Below the pieces are notes generated by a model. It was not told where the DNA came from. It was given only the letters and a program-made list of their open reading frames with translations, and did no database searches. From a virus (Duplodnaviria > Caudoviricetes): a stretch of DNA of 64,000 bases. The stretch is taken from IMG/VR virus record IMGVR_UViG_2923249236_000002, positions 7,991 to 71,990 of that record; one strand, 5' to 3'. Position numbers and translations under genes: made by a program. How positions within the stretch are numbered: position 1 is the first letter of the stretch; each line of letters begins with the position of its first letter. This document shows, one piece after another, positions 23,405 to 36,568 of this stretch.

Positions 23405-23628
23405 ATATTCCCCCGCGTTATCTCGGCCCCGACCGACCGTTCGGGGTAGTGGATTACGTTAACGTCCCCCGCACCATTGCGACCGTTATTTCTTCCGGTA
23501 AGGCCTCAAAAGCCGAACTGGATTCCGTACTTGGTGTGCAGGACTTATGGGATCTGCTCGAGATTATTCAGGTGGACGCCCATAACGAACGTGTGATGCA
23601 GGAGACACAGAATGGCAGCAGTACTTGA
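23380..23628 (+). CDS. -1 frameshift extension of tail chaperone (GT-like)
   Basis: -1 frame open from slippery site: FQYRCQLDIPPRYLGPDRPFGVVDYVNVPRTIATVISSGKASKAELDSVLGVQDLWDLLEII... Confidence 0.7.
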   Translation, partial: FFQYRCQLDIPPRYLGPDRPFGVVDYVNVPRTIATVISSGKASKAELDSVLGVQDLWDLLEIIQVDAHNERVMQETQNGSST

Positions 23629-25783
23629 TGAGCTGGTTCTGGCACTGGATATAGAAAGTAAGGACTTTACCGCCGGGGAACAGGCTGCGCACGCTGCACT
23701 GGACCGACTGACCGCCGCGATGGAGCGGGTGGCGGACGTTTTCGAACTGGGGCAAAAACAGGCCAGCAATGCCCTGGCGAAAACAGGCAGTGATGCGGAT
23801 AAAGCTGCGCGTGAGACGGAAGCCGCCGGCGAGCGCACGGGTAAGGCTCTGAAGAAAACAGGTTCTGACGCTGATAAAACTGCCGCGGGTATGGAGCAGG
23901 CGGGGAAGCGAACCGGTGATGCGATCGCGAGTACCGGTAAAAAGGCCGAAAAAACCGCTAAGGGAATGGAGGCAGCAGGCAAACGGGCATCAACGTTTTT
24001 TTCCGGCATACGTACCCAGATACTGGCGCTGGCAGGCGTCACCCTGACGCTGGGGGGAATTAAAAGCCTGGTCACGGATTTTGCCGGTGATCTTAACCGG
24101 CTGTCAATTTCCTCCGATGCCTTTGGCATGAAAGCGAAACATCTGGACGGCTGGATACGCGCAGGACAGGCGAATGGTACTGACGCTGGCGAGATCACCG
24201 GGGCGTTTTCACGGATTACGGATGCAAAAGCCGCGTTCAAAGCCGGAAAGTCCTTTGATCCTGTGTTGCAGGATTTGTTTCAGGTTGCAGCCCGTGCGGG
24301 TGTCAGTGTTGATTTAAATACCGACAGTACCGAAGTCATCATGCGCAAGCTGGCGTCTGCCTTTCCGCGACTGACAAAGTCAGAACAGACAGCCTATGGT
24401 AATGCACTGGGGTTCAGTTATGCCGGGCAGCAGTTTCTTGGCTCAGGCCATGCGCTAAAGGACGTTGACGATTTTACCTCACGTTCGCAGGTCTCCGACG
24501 ATAAAATCCGGAAAGCCCGCAAATTGCGGGAAGCCCTTGCAGAACTGGACCAGGTCTGGTCCAACATCGGGATGACGATTGGCACTGCGCTGATGCCGTA
24601 TGCCACGGAATTCAGCAAATGGCTGGAGAAACTCGGTGACTGGATGCAGCAACATCCGGAGGAAGTGAACAAGTTTATCACCACATTTCTGAATAAAGTT
24701 GAGTCAGTGGCCTCCTGGGTGAATAAGGCTGCCGGAGAAATGGGGGGCTGGCAGAATGTCATTATTACGCTGATCGGGCTGAAAGTGGCGTCATGGGTGC
24801 TGGGGCTGACTAAAGCCCTCAACGGTCCTGGCGGCCTTCTTTTTGCGATAACGGCGCTTTACCCGGTTGTTGATGGGTTAATGACATCCATCGTTGGCAG
24901 GAAGAATAAGGACTGGCTGGATTCGCATGGTTTTTTCTGGGCTTCAGACGGGACTTTCTTTTTCAATAAGAAAGAGATGGAGGAATACCAGGCAAAACTG
25001 GATGCCGGAGAAAAGCCAGGCAATATCACCCATGCACAATCACCTACAGTATGGCAGCGGGGAATGCTGGATACTCGGGCTTATCTGGCAACCGGGAGGG
25101 GAGCAGCCTCCGGGGCATCCTGGCTACAGGGTATGCGTGCGACGCAGGAAAAACTCGGTAATGCCATGCAAAACCGCCCGCGTCCGACGAAGGCCGGGGA
25201 AGCCCTGTTAGGTTGGCTGCAACCGAAACTGTCCCAACTGGAGGCAAAATATAACCTGCCGCCCGGACTGCTGCGTAGCGTTGCGATCACCGAATCCGGT
25301 GGTAATCAGTTTGCCGTTTCCCGTGCCGGAGCGATGGGGCTGTTTCAGTTCATGCCGCAGACGGCTAAGGAGTTTGGTCTGAGGGGGAATGACGCCTTTG
25401 ATCCCGAAAAATCCGCTGATGCCGCCGCCAGAAAATTGGGTGGCCTGATGCGGTTTTTTCATGGCGATCTGGCTAAGGCTCTGGCGGCATACAACTGGGG
25501 TGAGGGAAATGTTCAGCGTAAGGGGCTGGCTGCTGCTCCGGAGGAGACCCGTAACTATATTCCCCGCGTTCTGGCGAATCTGCCTCATCCGGGTGCGGCA
25601 ATGGCCGTACAGTCTCGTCATCCGGCGCCTGTATCGCAGTCCACCGTAACGGAAACCACGCATATCGGGACGCTGAATGTCACTACAACCTCGGACAATG
25701 TGAAGGGCATTACCGATGATGCGCGTCGGCGTATCAGGAATTCGGCGCTTGTTTCGGTTTATTCCAGCGGGGTAACAGGATGA
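23612..25783 (+). CDS. Tape measure protein with lytic transglycosylase domain
   Basis: Ala-rich helical repeats; SLT motifs ITESGG, GAMGLFQFMP, AYNWGEG. Confidence 0.9.
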   Translation: MAAVLDELVLALDIESKDFTAGEQAAHAALDRLTAAMERVADVFELGQKQASNALAKTGSDADKAARETEAAGERTGKALKKTGSDADKTAAGMEQAGKRTGDAIASTGKKAEKTAKGMEAAGKRASTFFSGIRTQILALAGVTLTLGGIKSLVTDFAGDLNRLSISSDAFGMKAKHLDGWIRAGQANGTDAGEITGAFSRITDAKAAFKAGKSFDPVLQDLFQVAARAGVSVDLNTDSTEVIMRKLASAFPRLTKSEQTAYGNALGFSYAGQQFLGSGHALKDVDDFTSRSQVSDDKIRKARKLREALAELDQVWSNIGMTIGTALMPYATEFSKWLEKLGDWMQQHPEEVNKFITTFLNKVESVASWVNKAAGEMGGWQNVIITLIGLKVASWVLGLTKALNGPGGLLFAITALYPVVDGLMTSIVGRKNKDWLDSHGFFWASDGTFFFNKKEMEEYQAKLDAGEKPGNITHAQSPTVWQRGMLDTRAYLATGRGAASGASWLQGMRATQEKLGNAMQNRPRPTKAGEALLGWLQPKLSQLEAKYNLPPGLLRSVAITESGGNQFAVSRAGAMGLFQFMPQTAKEFGLRGNDAFDPEKSADAAARKLGGLMRFFHGDLAKALAAYNWGEGNVQRKGLAAAPEETRNYIPRVLANLPHPGAAMAVQSRHPAPVSQSTVTETTHIGTLNVTTTSDNVKGITDDARRRIRNSALVSVYSSGVTG

Positions 25784-26490
25784 GTTTTTCTTTCGATAAT
25801 CTTTCCCTGAATAACTTTTCGATCAATGAAAGTAACGTACTGAGTGCCATTCGTGGCGGCGGTGTCCTGGGACTCATCAACAGTGTACTGGCACCGTCAT
25901 TCGGTATTTATTACGCATGGAATGATCCGGCAGGTGTTCATCAGAAGGGCGGGAGGCCTTTCTCCCCGGATTCTTTTGTTGTCGTTGAGGTGGGGGCGGA
26001 GGCTTCTGTTTCCACCGCCCCCGTCGAACAGGGAGCCTATACCACCTTTAATAAAATCCAGCGGCCGCCGGAACTGCATGTGACTTTCACTGTAGAGGGG
26101 TGGACGGCGTTTTCCGGGGCCGTCCCGAACCTGACAAATTTTTCCACCACCTCGCGATCGAATGTGCTGGAAACGCTTGAAATGATGCGTACTACAGCAG
26201 GACTTTACGATATTGAGACGCCGGACAAGACATGGACATCCTACGACCTGGTGAAATACGACTACCGAACGCGAAGTAATAATGGTCCGACATTACTGAC
26301 GGTCAGCGCAGTATTCCAGGCGGTAATGAATACAGGAGAGGTGTCAGTGGGAAGTACGGATAACCAGTCTCCCACGGACAACGATAAAGCAAAAGGGGCA
26401 GCATCGGTTAAAACGCAACCAGTTACGGCGTCGGTGACACAACCGTCAGACGCTGACAGACGAAGCGTCACGAACAGGGGGATCACCTGA
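25780..26490 (+). CDS. Baseplate/tube-initiator protein
   Basis: Follows tape measure; PVEQG motif. Confidence 0.65.
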   Translation: MSFSFDNLSLNNFSINESNVLSAIRGGGVLGLINSVLAPSFGIYYAWNDPAGVHQKGGRPFSPDSFVVVEVGAEASVSTAPVEQGAYTTFNKIQRPPELHVTFTVEGWTAFSGAVPNLTNFSTTSRSNVLETLEMMRTTAGLYDIETPDKTWTSYDLVKYDYRTRSNNGPTLLTVSAVFQAVMNTGEVSVGSTDNQSPTDNDKAKGAASVKTQPVTASVTQPSDADRRSVTNRGIT

Positions 26491-26792
26491 TGCTGGAAAT
26501 TGTTTTGTCTCCCGTCAAAGCCCAGCAGTTTACGGTGACACTGGGGGCTCAGGTCTGCACCATTCGCCTGAATCAGCGGACTACGGGGATGTATATCGAT
26601 ATCACCGTTAACGGCGAACCGTGCCTGTATGGCGTGCTGTGCCTGAACAATAACCGGATTGTCCGGTACGGATACCTGCCGTTTCAGGGCGATCTGTTTT
26701 TTTCCGACACGGAGGGGAACCACGATCCTGACTGGCGGGGGCTTGGTTCACGGTACCGGCTCTACTGGCTGTCGCCTGAGGAGCTGAAATGA
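26490..26792 (+). CDS. Small baseplate protein
   Basis: Operon position; GLGSRYRLY. Confidence 0.65.
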   Translation: MLEIVLSPVKAQQFTVTLGAQVCTIRLNQRTTGMYIDITVNGEPCLYGVLCLNNNRIVRYGYLPFQGDLFFSDTEGNHDPDWRGLGSRYRLYWLSPEELK

Positions 26793-27658
26793 GCTATGTA
26801 CAGCGTGACATTACCGTGGAGTTCACCCTGTCAGACGGGCGGACGTTCGACAAGGGTAAGGGCAATATTCTGACTGTTTCAGGAGCTAAATGTTTTGCCA
26901 CTGTCACGGTATATGGTGGAACTGCCGGAACGCAGATAACCCTGTATATCTGGGGGTTGTCTCCGGCGCATATGGCCGACCTGAGTTATCGGGGCGTGTG
27001 GCGACCCGCTCAAAGTACGGCCAATGAAATGCGGGTACGGGCTGGTGGACGGCTTATTTTCGAGGGAGATATTACCGATGCGTATGCGGACTATAACCAG
27101 GCGCCGGATATACCCCTTATTCTGACCGGGCAGGTTAGCTTCAACCTGCGTAATCAGACAGCGGCCGATTTCAGCGCGAAAGGTGATGTGCCGGTTGCAG
27201 ATATCATCCGTGCGCTGGCGTCATCTGCCGGGCTGAAATTTGAAAATCAGGGCGTCAGTCGCAGCCTGTCGAATCCACACTTTTCCGGAAACCTTGTACA
27301 ACAAATGCTGGATGCCGCTTCAGCCGCCGATATTAACATCGACCTGGGGGACGCGGAGAAAGTCACCATCTGGCCGAAGGACAAAGCCCTGGATATTCCG
27401 GCTGTGCATATTTCGCCGGACCACGGGCTTATCGGATATCCGGTCTATACCATGACCGGCCTCAGCGCCACCACGACATTCTGCCCCGATCTTTTCATCG
27501 GTCGGCGGGTCCATCTGGAGTCGTCACTACCTAACGTGACAGGCGATTACAGCCTGACCGGAGTGATACACACCATTACTTCGCGAACCGTGGGCGGTCC
27601 GTGGAGTTCCAACTGTACCATGACAAGGCTTAATGATAATGGCACAACCACTCAGTAA
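26789..27658 (+). CDS. Baseplate hub protein
   Basis: Position and size; GLIGYP motif. Confidence 0.7.
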   Translation: MSYVQRDITVEFTLSDGRTFDKGKGNILTVSGAKCFATVTVYGGTAGTQITLYIWGLSPAHMADLSYRGVWRPAQSTANEMRVRAGGRLIFEGDITDAYADYNQAPDIPLILTGQVSFNLRNQTAADFSAKGDVPVADIIRALASSAGLKFENQGVSRSLSNPHFSGNLVQQMLDAASAADINIDLGDAEKVTIWPKDKALDIPAVHISPDHGLIGYPVYTMTGLSATTTFCPDLFIGRRVHLESSLPNVTGDYSLTGVIHTITSRTVGGPWSSNCTMTRLNDNGTTTQ

Positions 27659-28316
27659 TCCGACGGACGTAAACAGCGAAATCAATGCGCAGGACTTTAT
27701 GCTGCGGCAATTTCTCGGGAAACACGTATTTATCACTCTGGGGCAGGTAGTGGCGGTGGAAGGTGAGTTTATTGATGTCCGACCGATGGTAATGGGCGTT
27801 GCAGCAGACGGTTCCCCGGTTGAGCATGAGGTGATTTATAACCTTCCCGTATGGCGGCTACAGGGGGGCAGCAACGCGGTGATTATGCCGCCACATGTGG
27901 GCGATATTGGTTTCCTCGGCATCTGCGACCGGGATATCAGTGCGGTAAAAGCCACGCGTCAGGCTGCGATGCCGGGATCAAAACGCACTCATAACTACGC
28001 CGATGCCATCTGGCTTGGTGGTGTGCTTAACGGTGCGCCCGTACAGTTCGTGGAATTTGCTGACAACCTGATACGGGTTATTTCCCCCTGGAAAGTGGAG
28101 ATTTCTGCGCCGGAAGGCATCGTGAACGCCTCGAAAAGTTTCGCTGTTAACTCGCCAAAAATCGCGCTTAACGGGGATGCTGCCGTCAGTCAGGGGCTTA
28201 ATGTTACCGGACAGTCTGAGCTTTCCGGTGGCGCGCAGATTGGCGGTATTGATTTCGGAAGCCATGTTCACAGTGGTGTTAAGTCCGGCGGTTCGACCAC
28301 GCAGGGACCGCAGTAA
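27633..28316 (+). CDS. Baseplate spike protein
   Basis: C-terminal HVHSGV metal-binding motif. Confidence 0.8.
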   Translation: MIMAQPLSNPTDVNSEINAQDFMLRQFLGKHVFITLGQVVAVEGEFIDVRPMVMGVAADGSPVEHEVIYNLPVWRLQGGSNAVIMPPHVGDIGFLGICDRDISAVKATRQAAMPGSKRTHNYADAIWLGGVLNGAPVQFVEFADNLIRVISPWKVEISAPEGIVNASKSFAVNSPKIALNGDAAVSQGLNVTGQSELSGGAQIGGIDFGSHVHSGVKSGGSTTQGPQ

Positions 28317-28328
28317 ACAGGAGAAAAT

Positions 28329-28685
28329 ATGCAGTCACGATCACTTCTTCTCGACATCGGGACATGGGACATCCTGCTGGATGATACCGGTAATCTTGCC
28401 ATTACTGATAATCCCCATGCGGTAGCCCAGGATGTGGCGTGTGCGTGCAGTACCTTTCTGGGGGAGTGCTGGTACGACTCAACGTCCGGTATACCTTACT
28501 GGTCACGCATCCTCGGACACTGGCCCGGCACGCAACTGGTGAATGCCACCCTGCAACAGGAAGCACTTAAACTGCCGACCGTGAGCGCCGCAATTTGCCA
28601 GGTCTCGGTTGATAAAGCCCGGACAGTAACGGGAGTGCTGCGTATTACAGATACCAATAACGACATTTTTACAATACTGCTATGA
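28329..28685 (+). CDS. Baseplate wedge/sheath initiator
   Basis: FLGECWYD..GIPY motif. Confidence 0.7.
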   Translation: MQSRSLLLDIGTWDILLDDTGNLAITDNPHAVAQDVACACSTFLGECWYDSTSGIPYWSRILGHWPGTQLVNATLQQEALKLPTVSAAICQVSVDKARTVTGVLRITDTNNDIFTILL

Positions 28686-29923
28686 GTGAAAATAAATCTT
28701 TTTCTACCGCAGTCCCCGCTGTATGTATTACGGACAGTGGTCTGAACGTGCCGGATGAAGCGGATATTCTGAGCGGCAGGCTCAGCGATTTTTCCGGTGC
28801 GCTGGGCGGCGCAATGAGTACCAGTCTGAGCAGTCCGCAGGGGCAGCTTGCATCAAGCGAAAGTGCCATTATCGCGGATAAAAACGATCAGTTGCTGTAT
28901 ATCGTTAACCAGGTAAACCCTGACTTTTCCAGTGGACGCTTTCAGGACGCAATAGGAAAGATTTATTTCCTGGAACGCCGCGGGGCTACAGGTACGACAG
29001 TAACGGCAACCTGTACCGGGCTGGTTGGTACGCTGATCCCGGCGGGCAGTATGGCGCAGGATGAGGCCGGTTATAAGTACGTCAGTCTGTCAGACGCCAC
29101 AATTGGCGCATCAGGGCAGGTTGATGTGGTATTCCTGAATTTGTCCACCGGGCCTGTCGGCTGTCCGGCGGGAACTCTGAATAAAATTTATAAGGCAATA
29201 CCCGGCTGGTCAGGTGTCACTAACGTCAGTGCAGGTGTACCGGGCAGCAACGAGGAAACCCGCGCGGATTTTGAAAACCGTCGGCGTAATTCAGTTGCCC
29301 GTAATGCCCGTAATATTCTGGAAGCCATCCGGGGGGAAATACTCTCTACGGTGGAAAACGTGGTGGATGTTTACGTCACTCATAATCCGAAAAAAACGGA
29401 ACAAAAAGCCGGGGTCAGTCAGTATCCGTTAACACCCGGTTCGTTTTATGTTGGCGTGTACGGCGGCAGTCCGGCAGATATCGCGGCGGCCATCTGGCGT
29501 AAGGCTCCGCCGGGTATTGATATGAACGGCGACACAACGTTCACCGTTGCGGATAAGGAGTACGATCCGCCGTATCCTGAATACGTGATCACCTGGCAGA
29601 CACTCAAACCTGTCAGTCTGCATGTCAGTGTGACGCTGAAAAAAAGTGATTATCTGCCCTCAGATATTACCCAACAGGTACAGCAATCCGTGTTGTCCGC
29701 GTTTAACGGTACAGATGGTGGTCTGCGGGCAAGGGTAGCCTCTGTTGTCTCCGCAGGGCGCTACTATGCCGGCGTTTACAAAACCGATCCGGAAAATATC
29801 GATATTCTGGGCCTTACGGTGAGTCGTGACGGTTCGTCATGGACAACTGCTGTCACTTTCGGGATAGATGAGATCCCGGTTCTGGATGTGTCGAATATCG
29901 GTGTGAAACTACAGGAGGCGTAA
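28682..29923 (+). CDS. Baseplate J-like protein
   Basis: GSNEETRADFENR motif; size and position. Confidence 0.85.
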   Translation: MSENKSFSTAVPAVCITDSGLNVPDEADILSGRLSDFSGALGGAMSTSLSSPQGQLASSESAIIADKNDQLLYIVNQVNPDFSSGRFQDAIGKIYFLERRGATGTTVTATCTGLVGTLIPAGSMAQDEAGYKYVSLSDATIGASGQVDVVFLNLSTGPVGCPAGTLNKIYKAIPGWSGVTNVSAGVPGSNEETRADFENRRRNSVARNARNILEAIRGEILSTVENVVDVYVTHNPKKTEQKAGVSQYPLTPGSFYVGVYGGSPADIAAAIWRKAPPGIDMNGDTTFTVADKEYDPPYPEYVITWQTLKPVSLHVSVTLKKSDYLPSDITQQVQQSVLSAFNGTDGGLRARVASVVSAGRYYAGVYKTDPENIDILGLTVSRDGSSWTTAVTFGIDEIPVLDVSNIGVKLQEA

Positions 29924-29924
29924 C

Positions 29925-32778
<2,854 letters not shown>

Positions 32779-32789
<11 letters not shown>

Positions 32790-33507
32790 AATGAGTGATA
32801 CCCCGCAGACAATTAAGATTTATAACCTGCGTTCAGATACAAACGAATTTATCGGTACGGGCGAAGCATATATCCCGCCGCACACCGGATTACCGGCAAA
32901 CTGTACCGATATTGCCCCTCCTGATATTCCGGCCAGTCATATTGCTGTATTTGACCCTGAAACCGAAACGTGGAGTCTGAACGAAGACCATCGCGGCGAA
33001 ACAGTGTACGACACGCAAACCGGCAACCCTATTTATATTTCAGAACCCGGCCCGCTACCGGAAAACACCACCACACAGGCTCCCACATCACCAATAGATA
33101 AATTTGAAAACGGTCAGTGGGTGGCTGACCTTGCGACCGCACTCGGTCAGAAATACGCTGAGATTAATGCGTGGCGTAATGCGCAGGAAAACGGTAACTA
33201 TCCGTTCACACTGAATGATCACCACTGGGACTGCGGTAAAGCGTCGCAGGACCGACTGTCGCCAGTAACGGCGGTGGCAAAACAGGGAGCGCTACCGCCA
33301 GGATTCTTCTGGACGGATACAGATAACATCGATGTGCCAATGAGCGCAGACGAACTGATTAAACTCGAAGCCGCTATGCAACAAAACATGGTACTGGTGG
33401 GTTTTAAAATCCACGAACGCCAGCGGCAGATGAAGGACGAAGTGAACAGTCTCACCAACGCACAGGCTGTACTGGATTACGTGGTTGGCTGGCCGGAAAA
33501 CCGTTAA
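32779..33507 (+). CDS. Tail fibre assembly protein (Tfa N-terminus, DUF4376-like C-terminus)
   Basis: [26 protein letters not shown]. Confidence 0.85.
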
Positions 33508-33517
33508 GGAATGTATT

Positions 33518-33910
33518 ATGAGCTGCTTCACAACCCCGGCCATTCTTGAAATGCTTGGTCACTACCTTTGGCGTGTATATGAACCTTTTGAATTTTACCT
33601 GAGCGACGATAACAGCGACATAATCAGCGTGCCGGCTGGTTTCGTCACCGACCTTGCCAGCGTGCCGCGCATCTTCTGGACAATTCTCCCGCCAGACGGC
33701 AAATACGCCAAAGCGGCCATTATTCACGACTGGATGTACGACAACGCGCTACGCACAAAAAAAGAGGCCGACAGAATCTTCCTCGACGGGATGACGGTGC
33801 TGGGTGTGCCTAAGTGGAAGAGAACGGTAATGTACCAGGCTGTACGGCTGTTTGGTCGGGGGATGTACGGGAAAGAGCAAAATACTGTCATTAATGGCAA
33901 CGGAAGATGA
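33518..33910 (+). CDS. DUF1353-family protein
   Basis: [27 protein letters not shown]. Confidence 0.85.
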   Translation: MSCFTTPAILEMLGHYLWRVYEPFEFYLSDDNSDIISVPAGFVTDLASVPRIFWTILPPDGKYAKAAIIHDWMYDNALRTKKEADRIFLDGMTVLGVPKWKRTVMYQAVRLFGRGMYGKEQNTVINGNGR

Positions 33911-34007
33911 GAAAGCACAGCTCGACGAATGGAAACAATACAGGGTGTTGGTAAACCGGGTGGATACCACAAATCCTGACTGGCCGAAGATGTCAGCAAA
34001 CTCGTAA
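33897..34007 (+). pseudogene. Tfa C-terminal remnant
   Basis: [30 protein letters not shown]. Confidence 0.7.
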
Positions 34008-34021
34008 TAATTTGTTTTGAA

Positions 34022-34059
34022 ATTTAAGGCTACCATAACGTCATACGGTAGCCTTAAAT
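34022..34059. terminator. 13-bp inverted repeat between convergent genes
   Basis: ATTTAAGGCTACC...GGTAGCCTTAAAT. Confidence 0.55.
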
Positions 34060-34107
34060 GGAATCTTGCTCAAGAAGAAATGACAGTCATCGTAACCAAA
34101 TATATAA

Positions 34108-34353
34108 TCAACCAAAACCACAAACTTGGTAAAAATATTCAGGCTTAGGTAGATCACTTGGCCAGTTATTGCACCATTGTGGGCGGTGACCGAATGGGTC
34201 TGTTACTTCTGAGATTGAGATGTCTAAGCCTCCTCCCGGTGTAGATTTTGTGTTGCCTGGAGATGTTTTTGAATCGCTAGTGGCCATCGCCGATGCCGAA
34301 AAGGCTGTAGCCGACAACACCAGAAACAATGGGAAAAATATACGATGTCTCAT
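34108..34353 (-). CDS. PagK/PagJ-like small secreted protein
   Basis: Signal peptide plus WCNNWPSDLPKPEYFYQVCG, like the PagK WCxxWP..P..C motif. Confidence 0.75.
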   Translation of the reverse strand: MRHRIFFPLFLVLSATAFSASAMATSDSKTSPGNTKSTPGGGLDISISEVTDPFGHRPQWCNNWPSDLPKPEYFYQVCGFG

Positions 34354-34674
34354 AATATCACCCGTTAATATTCAGATTTTAGATTATCCTTACTGTTGAC
34401 TTCCTTCATTTCCAGCATAGTTCACGCTTCATCGTCATTGAATATAATAATTAAGTTTGTTGAGTGAAAATTTACTTTAAGAAAAAATGTTATGCTTATT
34501 ATTTTTTTTCTTAAAGTAAATTCTTTGTTAAGCTTTGAAGTAATTACATAAAGTGAACCGTATATAATATCCTTGGCATAAGGATAAAAATACTTTATGA
34601 CCTGCGATGCAGAACAGGTGATATTGAATTTTTCAAGTCCTGTATTGGGGTTTTATTTTCAAGTTGGAGGGGGG

Positions 34675-34849
34675 ATGAATAGAGTTAAAACGTTTATTTC
34701 TGATCATCATTTTAGCACTTTCAGTCTCTATTGTATCGCTACCTGCAATGGCACTGGTTTGTGAAGATAAAGGGGGATCGCTTGGTGATTGTGCACTCGA
34801 ATGTAGTGGTCTTGGCATATTGATATTTCCTTATATCTTTTGTATTTAA
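34675..34849 (+). pseudogene. Small Cys-rich secreted peptide gene with +1 frameshift near the start
   Basis: 175 nt; corrected product MNRVKRLFLIIILALSVSIVSLPAMA-LVCEDKGGSLGDCALECSGLGILIFPYIFCI; paralog at 62755. Confidence 0.65.
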
Positions 34850-34917
34850 TCAGTAATTATAGTTAGGCCGAAGTTTTTATCACTGCCAGGGCATTATAAA
34901 GGCTATTGTCCAGGCTG

Positions 34918-35049
34918 CTCACCCCGGAGCAATGGGCGCAGGCCGGACGCCTGATTGGGGCAGGAGTACCACGACAGCAGGTAGCGATTATTTATGACGT
35001 GGGACTGTCGACGCTGTACAGAAAATTCCCTGCCTCAAAACTGTCTTAA
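34918..35049 (+). pseudogene. Pin/Gin-type invertase C-terminal remnant
   Basis: PEQWAQAGRLIGAGVPRQQVAIIYDVGLSTLYRKFPA. Confidence 0.85.
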
Positions 35050-35307
35050 ATATGCACATATGTTCAAATGATACCGCTGTATATAAAAGGTCTTCCCCGA
35101 TGATGGTGGGAGCTCATATGCAGAGTCTATAATACATACCTTGGTGGAAACATTGTCCATTGATGAAAATACAGGGATCGTTACTGTCACTGTGGAGGTC
35201 GCCAATAATGTACATTAATCCTGTCAGACCTGTGGAAAACTATGTCCCGTCAACGATCACCTACATCGTTAACGAGGCATGATCCGGAGAGTTTGACTGG
35301 AGTCCTG

Positions 35308-35782
35308 TGTGATGGAGTGCCACAGCCACGTCGTATGCAAGAACGGGGTGCGGTAGACTGGCGATTGTACGATAGTGCGAGTATTGAATGGTTGCCAGTT
35401 GCGGCGGATTTTACTTGTTCAGGATGACTAACCAATGTGTTTAATCTGAAACTAGCCACCTGTTCAACTTTTCGAGATCGCTTTTGTTGGCATCACTATT
35501 AAGCCTTCGTCTACATGGGTATTTGGCATCGGGAGTCCCCCAATGGAAGAGGGGAGTGATGTATTGGGCAGTGAGTTTGTTTGGTCGGGGGATTTATACG
35601 CAAAATGGCCCGAAATACGTCCGAATTAAAACGTAAAAAGTGATAACTAATTGAATCTATTAGAATCAAAAATAACGTGTTCTAATCGTTAAAATCACTT
35701 AATTAATGTGTAACATTATGAATTTAAAGAGAAAGATCAATTGTTGCCGTAAACAGGAATCGTATTCGGTCTCTTTTTATTT
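35308..35782. repeat. ~475-bp prophage right-end block, direct repeat of 43872-44346
   Basis: Highly similar sequence in both copies through the att core. Confidence 0.9.
35753..35780 (+). other. att core matching the 3' end of SdsR/RyeB sRNA
   Basis: ACAGGAATCGTATTCGGTCTCTTTTTAT matches recalled SdsR 3' end; locus next to pphA is a known insertion hotspot. Confidence 0.85.
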
Positions 35783-35898
35783 CGATTATAAATCAATGGG
35801 TTATGTGTTTCCCCTCGAAATTTCCTCGAATTTCTGTATTCCGGTCTTTTTGGTTATATCACATCCAAATCCAGTTTAACATTTCTTTTACAGCAAAA

Positions 35899-36291
35899 TC
35901 AGAGCATCACGTAAGCTTTATTATCGCGTTCATCGAGATAGAGTGTCGTGGTGTTCGCTGATGTGTGGCTCAGGAGTTTTTGGGCGAACACCTCGCCGTG
36001 CTCGTTTTTGTACAGCCGCCCGGCCAGACTTCGGATCTCGTGAAATGTCGGTGGATTATTGCTGAAGTTAACGCCGGAGGCTTTTCTTGCTTTTACAAAT
36101 GTCTTTGTCAATCCATCCGGATGAATATTCCCGGTTGGGCTATTTTTCCTGATTCCGGCACTGATCATGAAATCAGTGCGGCTTACCAGTCGGCAGCGAT
36201 CGATTACCGTTCCCAGACGTAACCCCGTTGCCTGAAGTGTCAGGGAGAGGGGAATGGCTATTTTCATTCCGGTTTTAATCTGAGTTACGTA
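35899..36291 (-). pseudogene. Tyrosine integrase C-terminal remnant
   Basis: HEIRSL, LLSH and catalytic Y; 5' part replaced by homolog of 3392-3476. Confidence 0.9.
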
Positions 36292-36568
36292 TACTGGCAT
36301 TTTATTGGGGGAATTGCCGGGAGGTTAAATCAGCATGAAAATCGAGTACCAGGAAGGACGAGCTGTGCCCCGTCTGAAACTAAGTGTGAATTATTAGCAG
36401 ACTAAATGGAATATGTCCTAAATTTTATTGAAAACGTTGCATTAAATATATTGAAACCTTCATGATATTTAATGTTTCTACTGTCTGGATGACTATGATA
36501 GGATTTTGAGTGTATTTGATAAATAACAAGTGTGTTATTGTCTTTAGTAATATAAGAGGAAATTAATT

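Noticed and set aside
35050-35300. Short AT-rich coding-like fragment after the invertase remnant
   Set aside because: No clear start or recognisable family
35753-35780. Functional SdsR/RyeB sRNA gene
   Set aside because: Only the 3' ~28 nt are present; the intact gene should lie at the prophage's left end outside the window
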